A stretch of DNA of 64,000 nt from the NCBI GenBank assembly GCA_036172245.1, contig JAYWIR010000001.1, positions 3,162,001 to 3,226,000 on the forward strand. Direction: 5' to 3'. This DNA comes from Raillietiella orientalis. Taxonomy: Eukaryota. Within the stretch, counting starts at the first letter, position 1. Every line of letters starts with the position of its first letter. Below, piece by piece: positions 52,488 through 63,617 of this stretch. The position numbers were made by a program, and so were the translations under genes. The notes beneath the pieces are model-generated. The model was given only the letters and a program-made list of their open reading frames with translations, was not told the DNA's origin and searched no databases.

Positions 52488-52836
52488 CAGTTGCACCTCG
52501 GTACTCGTCGGTAATTCGTTCCGGAACTCGTCGCGAGTGCCGAAACCGTCGAGTACCGAACACGTCTCTTCCTAGGCAGTTTCATGGTATCATTTTTAAC
52601 CATTGCAGAACCCACGATTAACGCTGAGAGTGCACAGAAAGCACACAAAAAAGGAACGATTCTGCACTGTTCGCGAGCTACCACGAGACTCGAGCGTTCC
52701 GTTGTTTCATCGTGAGAGTGGGGTGGTGTCGGGTTTCGAGCGTGCTCCGAGTGTCGAAACATTTGGTTTCTCGTCAAAGTGCGACGAGCACCGAGTTTGA
52801 CGAGTTCCGACACCGTCGAGTACCGAGGTACCACTG
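52488..52836. mobile_element. Non-autonomous DNA transposon (MITE), Tc1/mariner superfamily, pogo/Tigger-like, 349 bp, in Egfr intron 2
   Basis: Left end TA|CAGTTGCACCTCGGTACTCGTCGGT and right end ACCGTCGAGTACCGAGGTACCACTG|TA are inverted repeats with 3 mismatches in 25 bp, flanked by a TA duplication. There is a subterminal inverted pair (CGGAACTCGTC / GACGAGTTCCG) and an internal copy of ACCGTCGAGTACCGA. No transposase is present. Confidence 0.85.
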
Positions 52837-54064
52837 TATTTTGTTTCTTTTACCTTTTTTCGGCCCCCATCCCTCCTCCTCCTCCTCCTCGCGAAGGAAT
52901 CAAAGGGTGATTTCTCTCCCTCCCTCCCTCCCTCCCTGTTCAGCATCTTTTTTCTGGAGATAAATCTTCCGCCGCGGCCGACTGACGACTTCATTGATCT
53001 GCGGGCCCGACAAGCACTTGTTTCGGTCGGGACGCGACGTCCTATCGCAACGGTCGGCCCGCGCCCGCGAGCGCCTTCTGCCTCGTTGTCCGGTGAGAAC
53101 TCGACGGCAGTTTGCTCTTCGCGTGCGTTCTTCCCGCGCGCGCTCCCCCGTGAGCAGGTCACGTAACCCCAGGCGGAAAGCGTCGGAAGCGTCTGCCCTC
53201 TTCGCCCTCCTGCTTTTATTTTTATTGATTTTTTTTTTTTTTTTTTTATCCTCTCTCCTCTTTCTCGCTTCTCTCTCCCCCCTCCTTCCTTTTTTTTTTT
53301 TTTTTCTTCTTCTGCGCGTGCGCGCGTTTTGACCAAAGCATCATCCACCTGTCCTTCGTGCGCTTCGCCGAGCTCCTTTCCCCACTTTGCCTGCTCGGAT
53401 TTCGCGCCAAGGAGCCTCTCCGCCGCCTTTCCTTGAGGACGCCTTAGTCCTGTCCTCGCTCGAGTTCTTTTCCTCCGCGAGAGTGGGTCCGCGGCTGCTG
53501 CCGCCCCTTTTCTGACGTGTTTTTTTTTTTTTTGGTTCTCCCCTCCCTCTCCCCTTCCTCCTCTCTCCTTCCTGAGGTCAGCACGGGCGCGCTCGCTCGC
53601 TTCTCCGGTGTTGCCCGCTCGCGCGCGCGCACCCCTTCGGGAGGGGGAGGGGATTTGCGCTCACGACGACGCCGGGTTGCGGCGCCCGGGAAGAGGAAGA
53701 AGAAAAAAAGTGGGGATGCGAGGAAAGGAAAGTGAACCGTCTTCCGACAGTTCCCCGCTCTCGAACGGCGACCTTGGCTTGCGCGGGACCCAGGAGGGAG
53801 GAGAGATCACATCTCTGGTTGGCCACGGATGCCGGGGGAGGGTGCGTCCCCCTTTCCCGAGGGCTCGGGAGCACTGCGGACGCGCGCGAACCCTCCCCAT
53901 ACCTTTTATTGCGAGGATGCCCACCTCTACGCGTGCGCCCTTCCCGCTTGCTCCTGTCGCTCGCCGAGGTCGCAGTCGCTCTCCTCAGGGAAACAGGAGT
54001 CCCTGCCGCTGGGCGGACTCTCCCCGGAGCTACCACCCGCCAACTGTTCCGTCTTCTGTTGCAG

Positions 54065-54272
54065 CACGAGCTCGACCTCAGCTTCCTGAAGTACATCCGC
54101 GAGGTGACGGGTTACGTCCTCATCAGCCAGGTCCACATCAGGAAGATCGTCCTACCTAGTCTGCAGATCATACGAGGACGCTCCCTGTTCAAGCTGAACT
54201 CTTCCAAGGAGGAATTCTCCCTATTGGTTACACTGTGCCATATGTACAACCTGGAGATGCCTGTCCTGCGAG
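54065..54272 (+). CDS. Egfr: Egfr exon 3, L-domain I (HELDLSFLKYIREVTGYVLI...LQIIRGRSLF...LEMPVLR)
   Basis: Acceptor tcttctgttgcag at 54064 and donor GAG|GTACG at 54273 (phase 1). Contains the canonical DLSFL..IREVTGYVLI and LQIIRG motifs. Confidence 0.97.
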
Positions 54273-55215
54273 GTACGCTGGCGCCGTCCTCCCCCGTCGG
54301 GCCCATCCGCCACCGGTCTTCCAATTCCCCTGCACCGCTGCAGCTGAAGGTGCCGACGGGAATTCCCCCTTCTCCCCCCCCCCCCTCTTCCCCCAGGATG
54401 CAACCATCGGGTGATTCTGCCTGCTGCTGCGGAGCAGCTCTCGGATGGCGCCCGAATTAGTTTCGGTTCAGCGCAGCTTCCCGGTCGAAGTGCCCTTGTG
54501 CGCGCTTAGTCCACCCCCCTTCCCCTCCCGCCCCTACTTCAAGGAAGGCCTACGGGTTGCCTACAACTCCCGGTTCATCCCGCGGTCGCTCGCCGGCGTC
54601 TACTGGCTCGCCCGTCCGCTCCAAGGAGGAGGCGAGGGAACCTCCACGCAGAGAGAGAGTTACCGCTGCGTTGATTCTCGCCCTGATTGGAGGTCCCTTC
54701 CGGAGATCCCGTCCTCCCCTTCCTCAGAGAGCCTCGAGGACGTTCGTTTTTTTTTTTTTTTTTTCTTTTTTTTTTGCTCGGGCGCATCTGCGCTCGTCTC
54801 CGGAAGGTCGGTTTCCCGGAAAGGCCGAGAGGAAAAAGAGGGCGTCGTCCCCTCCCTCCCCTTTGGATGGGCTCCGCACTCGAAAGGTGTGCACGGAGCA
54901 GGAAGTCTTCCTCCTCCACGGGTGGTGCGTGCGAGCCGCGCTCGCGCGTCGTCGCCGGAAGGGAAGGAGACTTCTTTTCCCGTCTCTTTCCCCCTCCCCC
55001 GTGCTTTCGCGAGGGTTCTTTGCCGCGGAAGGGAGACGTCGTCTCCTGCGCGAAGGTGTTTTCTCAGGAGCTCTGACGGAACCGTGCGCGAGAGGCCTCG
55101 CCTGCTCCCGGTGTGTGAAACGGGCTATAGCAAGGCTGCCGCCGGCCGGAGCGCCTTCGGACCCCCCGTCCAGCATCATCTCCGCTCGCGAGCCTCCTCT
55201 CTCCCTTTCTTCCAG

Positions 55216-55541
55216 ATATCCTGGCGGGCAGCGTGGGTGTCATCGACAACTACAACCTCTGTCACATCCGCTCCGTCGACTGGAACGAGATCATAACCGG
55301 TTTCCCAGCCTCCTTCGTGTACTACTACAACTTCTCCGTTCCCGAAAGGGAGTGCCCTCCGTGCGACAAATCGTGCGAGAAGGGCTGCTGGGGAGAAGGC
55401 GCGCACAACTGTCAGAAGTTTTCGAAAGTGAACTGCAGCCCGCAGTGCCACCAAGGCCGCTGCTTCGGGCCGCGACCAAGAGACTGCTGCCACCTGTTCT
55501 GCGCCGGTGGCTGCGTGGGTCCAAGGCAAAACGACTGCCTG
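55216..55541 (+). CDS. Egfr: Egfr exon 4, end of domain I and furin-like Cys-rich domain II
   Basis: Acceptor ctttcttccag at 55215 and donor CTG|GTGAGT at 55542 (phase 0). Peptide includes NYNLCHI...CWGEG..NCQKFSKVNCSPQCHQGRCFGP..DCCHLFCAGGC. Confidence 0.97.
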
Positions 55542-58500
55542 GTGAGTAGGAGCGATTCGAGTCCGGCGCAGCGTGGCGCCCGCCGCGTGGCACGACCGTC
55601 CACCCTCCTACCCCTCTTCCTCCGCCCTTTTCCTTTCTCGGCGGCTCCACGCAGGCGGAATCCGTGGTATCCATCCTTCGGGGAGCATCCTAGCTGGCGG
55701 CAACGCGTCATTAGTCTCAAGACCAGAGGAAACAGTGCTCTTTCTCTTCCTTCGTCGCCATGCGGAAGCGCTCTGCAGGTGGCTTTCAGAGGCACCGCCG
55801 GTGAGACCCTTTGAGGTCCACGTTTTGCATTGGTCATCCTTTAGACTCTTCGATTGCCTCCAGGAAAAGAACCACTCCTTGGCAGCCCTCTGGCAACCAG
55901 CGTTGCGGGTTCGAATCCTACCGGGAAAATGGATGGATGACGCTGATGATCCCCGTTGACCCTCCGGGGCCCTTCCAAGAATCAAGGGACCCTTTGGGGT
56001 TCCCATGCGGGTGTATGATAGAGTCCTCCCATCGCGGCTCAGCGAGATGGTTGATAACCTCTCGGGGGTTTCCCCTTTAGAGTGCCAAGAAGCACGCTGC
56101 TCCCTTCGGGGTTCCTCTGCAGAGGAGGAAAAACAAGGAGCGGTCCCCTTGCGGGTTCCCTTCGGAGAATAAATTCCAGGAGCGGATCCTTCCCGAGTTC
56201 CCATTGGGAGAAGAAACGAGGATTCACTCCCTCCGGGCACCCCTTCACTTGACCCTCTGGTGGGCATGGACAGCGTTAAAGAGCTTCATGAGCCATCCCT
56301 AAGGATGCGAGCGATTCTTCAGCACTCCTTGAGAACCAAAAAAAAAAAAATAGAACAGCAAGGGCAGCTCGCAGATCCGTAAAGAAGCTCACTCACTGCC
56401 TCCTCGAGGCTCAACTGGAGCATCTGAAATATTCCTTCCCCCCCTCCCGGTCGTCAGTAGCTGTTGCTGCAAACAGCCCGGGCCCTTTCCGCACAACATG
56501 AATCGCTGGAGATGCTTTGTGCGTGTCGCTCTCCTTCCTCTCGTCAGATGGGGATGGTCGACGAGTTTCGAAGGTCAACACACCCTGCGGTAAAACAAAC
56601 CGAGCGCAAAAGATTTGGTTGTTTTGTACACACGGAGAATTTTGTACGCTTGCTGTTACTAGCGTCGCGCACGCTCAGCCCCTAAAGACCTCTGCCGTCA
56701 TCGACCTTGATGACGCACATCAAGAGTGCATTCCTTGAGTGAGCTGCGGGTGCATTCCTTCGGCACCCGTACACAGTCCCTCCGTAAGTGGCTCGAGTTT
56801 TCCGTGGACTTCGTGGACGGTTGTACCCTCGCTCCGGGACTCACACGCTGTTTGGCAACTACATCTCTCTGGAAAAAAAAAAAAAAAAATCCGCCGTCTT
56901 TTCGATTAAGTGGCTTTCGATCACCGCTTTTGATGGCGGGCCAGGCCCGGAGCATCACACGCAGGCAGCATCTGCGAATTGTCTTTCCCTTCCAGGACCG
57001 CATCGCTTCTTTTGCGTGGAAGGTGGCGCCTCGTTCGTTCCGGCAGTTCCCGTGTCGCGAACGGGGAAGAGCCGCGGAATTTCCTACGAAACGAAAATCG
57101 GGAGCGAAGACGGCGGCGGAATCGGAGGTCAGCGGGGAGACGTGGCCTTCCGAGCCTGCGGAGGAGCACACAGCAGCAGCAGAAAGGGGTCAGCGTCGAG
57201 GACGCGCAGATCAAAAGGAAAGAAGTTGCGGTTTCGCGGCCCTCATTGTCTGATCGCTTCGACCGCTCGGGTTTCGCCTTTCCGATGCAACTTTCTTGGA
57301 AACAAAGGAGGAAAGCGCGCTCATGCAGAGAGAGAAGATAGGATGAAGATGGCGATTTTAATTCGTGATTACGCCACTTGGAGCTTGGTGCGCGCCTCGC
57401 CACGTGGCCCGCTGAATTTCGCACAGCGAGCCCGGGAGCATTCCACTGTGTTCCTCCTCCTCCTTTCTGAGAAGTCGTGCGCCGTCTCTTCGGGGTCGCG
57501 TGTGGTCCGCAGACCTTCCGCGGAGGACGTTCTCAGCACGCGTGAATGCGGAAGGCGCAGGGAACCGGCTCCTCCGACCGACCGGGAACGGGCTGCGTCC
57601 CGGCTGTAAAGATGAGAGCTTGTTTCTTCGGAAGCTTCCATCCAGTCATTTGGGGAATCGCTTGGAGCCGCACTTTGATCCTTCTGGACCTCCACGGAGC
57701 ACGTGCTCGCTGCACAAGAGAATTGGGAAACATCCAGCAGCTGTCTCTTCTTTCGAAAGGTTCCGAGGGGCGAAGGCAAAGGAGATGCGCGAGGAAGCGA
57801 TCCAAAGATGCGATTGGCAGGAAGCAGGCGATCGGGTGGGTGTAGCGAAATCCGGCGGAAAATTTTCAATTTGTTCCTGCACCTCGGAGCTACGTCTCTG
57901 AGCAGCTGGGTGGTTTGCTCACGTGGAATCCACAGCTTCCCCAAGGAACTCGGAAACCGAAGTGATCCCCACCCACTATTTTTTTTTTTTTTTGAGCGAA
58001 GACCGGCTGTTGAAGATCCTTAAGTGAACGGTGAAGTTTCTGAAGGAAGAAACATCTCAAAAGGGTTGCGATGGGAAGACCTCCGGTTATGGTAGGAACA
58101 GCGGGAGAGATGCTGCGACCAAAATAATTGGGGTCCCGAGTTCAAGGAAATAGCTCTCGAAATCAGGACCCCCTTGAGGGAGGGAAAAGAGTGAATGAGG
58201 GGAGAGCAGCAGCTTCAAGGTTGATCCTCATCAAATCTTCAAAAGTGGATCATGCGGATCGAGTCGCTCGTGTCCGCGTTGCCACGTGCTGCTTCCGAAG
58301 ATACAAGAGATACAAGCATTGCCTCCTTCCTTTTGTGTGTGTGTTTTTTCTCCCTTACTTCACCCGATCACGCCGGATCGTTTATTATAAAAAATATCTA
58401 CAGAAAAAAAACAGTCATATAAAATATAAAAAATATCTTTCCTCGTAGTGGCTTCACACAACCACTGCGAAGGGAAACGCCTCGGAGGCGCTGCTTCTCG

Positions 58501-59133
58501 TGAGCAACGTCCCCGATTAGGTACGCACAGGAGGAGTGGGGAAAGGGGTAAACAAAAACAAAAAAACACACACACAAAAGTTGAGTTCAAAAATGTTGGG
58601 GGGGAAGGGAAGGGGTTGCAGATTTCTTCCTGGCGCCCTCGGCATTTTCTGGAGGATATTGGCAGCTTCCTCCTTTTGTTGGCAGAGATGTGGCCATCTT
58701 GTCGCCTTCCTCGTGAAGGAGCAGACGATTGCGATGACCTCACCGTTCGACTGGCCTCTTTCGGCGCGGCTTGTGGCATCCACAACTGCACGAAGGCAGC
58801 AGAGAGCCTCAAGGGAAACTTCAGGTGACACCGTGTCGTGCGCGAAGAGGCGCCTCTCTGCCGTTGCCCATGGGGAGCGGGAGGGCAGCAACGAAGGGTT
58901 CCCAGACGCTCAGGATGGCAACACAATCCTACAAAACTCTCGGGAAAGTCTCCCTTTCCCCGCACCTGGTACAGTCTAGGGCCACACTCCCCCTTGACCA
59001 GTGGTGGACTCGTGCGTTGCATGCCTCCTTCCTTTTTAAGCATCCGAAATCTGCATGCGTTTACAGGAAGAGTTCTTCGTGATCCCAATCTCAGGGGGGA
59101 AGAAGCTAAGTTGTTCCTTTTCGTTTCGTGCAG

Positions 59134-59331
59134 GCATGCCGCAACTTTTCCGACGATGGAGTCTGCAAACTGGAATGTCCACCAATGCAACGGTACAATT
59201 CCATCACCTATTCCTGGGAAGCGAATCCAGACGGAAAATATGCTTACGGGGCGACGTGCGTGAAGCAGTGTCCAGAACATCTGCTCAAGGACAGCGGAGC
59301 TTGCGTCAAGATCTGCCCGGAAAAGAAGAAG
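59134..59331 (+). CDS. Egfr: Egfr exon 5, domain II including the dimerization arm (ACRNFSDDGVCKLECPPMQRYNSITYSWEANPDGKYAYGATCV...)
   Basis: Acceptor tttcgtttcgtgcag at 59133 and donor AAG|GTAAG at 59332 (phase 0). Contains the CPP..RYN..TY....NPDGKYAYGATCV signature. Confidence 0.97.
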
Positions 59332-59651
59332 GTAAGGAAGGGTATGCCGCATCTGGAAGTGCTGGCTGCACCGCTCTCGGTTCGCGGTCTCCCCGGGCAA
59401 CTGTTGGCGACGCTTCCCGATCCTGCTACGAAAGGTAGTGACGGGCACGTGGCGTGGCACACAGTGGCTTGCTCCACGTGGCATCGTCCGCACGTGGTGC
59501 CTTGCTCCGCTCGCGGCCTGGAGTACCTGGGAAACGGCGCGCGCAGTGGCAGGGAAACGTGGCCGCGCGGACAGCTGGACAATGGCATCCATTTAAAAAC
59601 CGTAGAGACGTGAGAACAACAACAACAACAAAAAAAAAAAAACGCTCTGTC

Positions 59652-59655
<4 letters not shown>

Positions 59656-59729
<74 letters not shown>
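59656..59729. repeat. (TG)37 microsatellite in intron 5
   Basis: Read directly from the sequence. Confidence 0.97.
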
Positions 59730-59731
<2 letters not shown>

Positions 59732-62235
59732 CGAGTGAGTGTGGGTGGGGTGGGTGTCAGTGCGCGCGCGTGCATGCCTGCGTGCATGAAAGCGTCGTTT
59801 CAATTTGGAAAATCAATTTCTTCCCTTGTTACTCTCCTAAAAATGCAAGGAATGATTCTGGAATGCAATCACAAGCTGTCAGAGAATGTGCATCAATTTT
59901 GCCTCCGTTTGTTTTGTTTTGTTTTTTTTTTTTGCCCTCTCAGAAGAAGTTGCGTGCCCAAGCTTTCCAGGCAGTGCACCGCCGTTGGTGACCACCAACG
60001 TGCAGCTTTGACGTTTTTGCAATTCCCGAGCTTCTTTTGTGTTCGTTCGAATGCCCGAACCGCCGGCTCGTTCGCCGGGAGGAAAGGCGACCTGATGGCT
60101 TTAACGAACTCTGCCGTTCGGATTCTCTCCCTTTTCTTTCCAAGTAGCTGCAAGTCGCTACGCTCTCATCGGGGTGAGCACATCGTAGGTGTCCCGCGTG
60201 ATCTTCCCTCAGTTGGCCGAGCGAGCGTTGCTTCTGGCCGAGTTCTGATGAATATTCACGGCGCATAGGGAAGAGGGCAGCAGTCCGTCTGTTGGGGCGA
60301 CAGCGGCATGCTGGGTGCACGCGTGCGCCTCCCTCTCTCCCTTCTTCCGACTCTTCCCAAGATCTCTCTCCTTCTGGCTTGTTCTGTGCTGCTCGCAGCC
60401 ACCTCGCGAGCATGGATGGTGGTGAACGTGGCTGAGTTATCGACTCTCTGGTCAGTTCTTCCGTTTGACCACCAAACCAAACTGGGGAAAGTCGCTTCGC
60501 GAAGTTGCGGTCATCGAGGGGTGGTGTGTGCCGTCTTGCGCGGATTAAGACTTTTCGGTGGCAGAGCGACGTGATGACCCCCGCATTGTGGATAATTGCA
60601 AAATTTCGATGCCGCTCTTGTCGAGGTAAAACCGTTCCTATGCTGCTTCCCTTTGAAGCCTCCCCTTACTACCCTGCTGCTCCTGCTCTCGTCCCGTGCC
60701 ACTGCTACTACGCCCGTCATACAGATTCTTCCTTCATAGGGAGTCCTTTAGCTGCGCACCGTACCGCATAAAAGAAAAAAGCAAGAAAGAGAGCGACTTC
60801 GATGCTCAGACCGCACAACGAAGTCGGTCACTCGAGGAACTGGATGGCCCCGAGCATGTACACGAAACCGTTCGCAAAAGAATCCATCCTGACATCCGAG
60901 AGGGCTACTTCTATGTGCTCGGATAACAGCCTGGCGGCTTACAGGATTCTCTCTGCTAGACCGCAGACTCCTGGTCCATGGAACGTCTTTGGCAGAGCGA
61001 TGCTATGGAAGGGGGAGTACCTTTTCCTTTTCCTCCGCCAAGAACTGCTTGCGACCCACGAGGTAGTCAGTCCTCTGGGTCCGTTCTCTCGCGACCCCTT
61101 CTGGAGAGAGAGACATTCTTCGTGGACACCTGGCGTCTTTGCCGCCGTTGCCGTGCTCGGTCGTCCATTTCAACCCCGCGAGCGTTTTTCCCACGTCCTC
61201 ATAGCTTAAGTTCCCTTGCAAGTATTCCAGCGCTCACTTTGTAGATACAACTGGCTGTCACGCTCCGAACGAATTCCTCAGTGTTTTTTGGCTGTACACG
61301 AGCTGTCTCCAAAAAGTGACGCCTTTCCTTTTTTTTCTTTCTCATTATACCTTCAGCACCACCTAACGTTGCCGTCACAAACCACTAGGCAAAGTCTCTC
61401 GCTTGCTAGTTGGCGTTTCTTTCGTGTGACACCGCCAACGCTGAAAGCGTATGCGTATGAAAGTGTTGGAACAGGAACGGTCCGTATCAAGGATGCAGTT
61501 GAAAACAAGAGAAACTTCAGAGGTCACGTTTTGGCAGTCACGTGGTTGGGACCGTGATTTCGCGCGATCATGACAAAAGATCGATGATACAAGTTGGTAC
61601 GGAAGAACTCCCGAGAGAGGACAAGATCAAAGCTTGCTGACCCGTGGTTCGTCGGACTTCGAAACTCAGGCATCGTCCACGTGCTAGAGAGGATTTTTCT
61701 CTGGGTTGTTGGCAGACACAAATAAAAATCACTGGGGGGAGGGGGAAAATACGTCGTTTGCCCCAGTGGCATCTAGCGTGACCCTTGCGAACTACCTTTT
61801 CCAAGGTCCGCAACTCGCTGCGTGAGTTCTTGTCTTCTCGCAACAGACATCCCAGGTGTTTAAACCGGTCTTGCAATCGTTCCTTGCTTCCGGATGTTGC
61901 ATTGATTTGCGCTACCTCCGGCCCGCTGCCTCCGTGGAATTTTTCTACCGACCGGTCCGAACGCGATCGAATTGCGCAGGATCGGGGAGGGGGGGGGGAT
62001 ACTCTTCTGTAACAAGTGCACGACGTGTGTTCGTGTGCGGCCTGTGAGCTGCATATCGGTAGGTTCACAAGTGGTTCACTCTTTCTTTTCCTTCCCTTCC
62101 TTCCTCGCGCTTCTTTTTCGCGCCGTCTTTGTCTTCCTCGTGAAAACAGGGTGATCCCTTAATCTCCCGGGTAGGCCGAAACCACCGATGCCTGACGTTC
62201 TTTTCTTTTCTTTGTTTCTCCCCTCCTCCAAATAG

Positions 62236-62534
62236 GCAGTCAACGGAGAGTGTGTGCCGTGCAACGGACCGTGCCCGAAGACTTGCCAGGGAGTGGACAT
62301 CGTCCACGCAGGCAACATCGACACCTTCAAAGACTGCACCATCATCGAAGGGTCCCTGACATTCCTCGATCACTCCTTCTCCGGTTTCCAAGATTTCGAT
62401 GACTTCCGCCCTGGAGCCAGGTACCCTTCCATGCATCCGGACCAGCTGGAGGTGTTCAGTACGCTGACTGAGATAACCGGCTTCCTCAACATCCAGGCGT
62501 CGCACCCGGATTTCCGGAATCTCTCCTACTTTCG
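62236..62534 (+). CDS. Egfr: Egfr exon 6, end of domain II and first half of L-domain III
   Basis: Acceptor ctcctccaaatag at 62235. Peptide AVNGECVPCNGPCPKTC...IIEGSL...LEVFSTLTEITGFLNIQ...FRNLSYFR. Donor CG|GTGGGT at 62535 (phase 2). Confidence 0.95.
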
Positions 62535-62588
62535 GTGGGTGTCCCCGAAAGTACTGCTGAACGAGCATCGTTCGTCTTCCTCGTCCAG

Positions 62589-62960
62589 GAACCTCGAGGT
62601 CATCAACGGCAGGACGAAGACCGACTACTTCGCTGCGCTCTATATCGTGAAGTCCTCCCTGGAGTCTCTCAAGCTCAACTCCCTGCGCGCCATCCGCTCC
62701 GGGATCGTCGCTATTCTGGAAAACACCAACCTTTGCTTCGCCGAGAGCATCCGCTGGGAGGACATTGTGCAGGCGCAGCAGGTCGAGAAGATGCTCCTGC
62801 ACAACAACCGCCCCAGGGAAAAGTGTGTCGAGGAAGGGCGCGTCTGCCACCCGGAGTGCTCCGAGAAAGGCTGCTGGGGATCTCTGAGTGACGAATGTCT
62901 CTCGTGCGCACACTACCGGCTGGGGAAGACGTGTCTGCAGAGCTGCGACTCCGACTCGGG
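62589..62960 (+). CDS. Egfr: Egfr exon 7, second half of L-domain III and start of Cys-rich domain IV
   Basis: Acceptor tcttcctcgtccag at 62588. Peptide NLEVINGR...AALYIVKSSL.SL.L.SL..I.SG...N.NLCF...CHPECSEKGCWG. Donor GG|GTAAG at 62961 (phase 2). Confidence 0.95.
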
Positions 62961-63031
62961 GTAAGAGCGGTGGGGGAGGCATCTTTTTTATGCGGCGAAC
63001 GACTGCTCACTCTCCTCCTACCTTTCCTCAG

Positions 63032-63314
63032 AATCTACGAGTACGGATCCACGGAGTGCCAGTACTGCGACCCCGAGTGCGAGTCGACCTGCCACGGCCC
63101 TGGCCCAGGAAACTGCACCACGTGCGCCCACGTCAGGGACGGTCCGTATTGCGTCAAGCGTTGCCCGGAGTCCAAGTACTCCAGTGGAGGGGGCACCTGC
63201 CTCCCCTGCCACGAGAACTGCATCAACGGATGCTCGGGTCCCGCCAACAACATCGGACCGCACGGGTGTGCTTCTTGCGAGAGGGCCATCTTAAGCAGCG
63301 ACGAACTCACGGTG
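63032..63314 (+). CDS. Egfr: Egfr exon 8, Cys-rich domain IV (IYEYGSTECQYCDPEC...DGPYCVKRCP...CHENCINGCSGP)
   Basis: Acceptor cctttcctcag at 63031 and donor GTG|GTAACG at 63315 (phase 0). An in-frame alternative GT lies at 63312. Confidence 0.92.
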
Positions 63315-63416
63315 GTAACGACCTTTCTTCTTTCTCCTCTCGCTCCTCCTCCTCTTTGCGCTTCGAAGAGCCTGCTCGGCTGGCCGGCAATCCTTCTTCC
63401 CCTTTCTTCTCCATAG

Positions 63417-63617
63417 GAACAGTGCTTGGGCAAGGAGGAATCGTGTCCGGAAGGTTACTACAACGAGTGGATGGGCCCACAAGAGGAAGGCCCGCTGAAG
63501 ACGCTGGCGAGCAAGTCGATCTGCCGGCCCTGCCACCCTCGGTGCCAGAACTGCACAGGGTACGGGTTCCACATCTCCGTTTGCCTTAAGTGTCATCGAT
63601 ACCGTCGAGGGGAACAG
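63417..63617 (+). CDS. Egfr: Egfr exon 9, invertebrate-type extended Cys-rich region (EQCLGKEESCPEGYYNEW...ICRPCHPRCQNCTGYGFH..VC)
   Basis: Acceptor ctttcttctccatag at 63416 and donor CAG|GTGAGG at 63618 (phase 0). The CP.GYY.EW and CHPRC..CTGYGFH motifs are typical of arthropod Egfr. Confidence 0.93.

Noticed and set aside
55860-55930. tRNA gene suggested by GGTTCGAATCC
   Set aside because: There is no A-box, no cloverleaf and only an imperfect T-stem. At most it is a SINE remnant.
60-59620. Scattered Su(H)-like GTGRGAA sites (e.g. CGTGGGAA at 44778)
   Set aside because: They are dispersed single sites with no paired arrangement, and the number seems compatible with chance in 64 kb.
62065-62982. 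305-aa minus-strand ORF, and similar antisense ORFs such as 58360-59592
   Set aside because: These are shadow ORFs opposite GC3-rich Egfr exons and have no recognisable domain.
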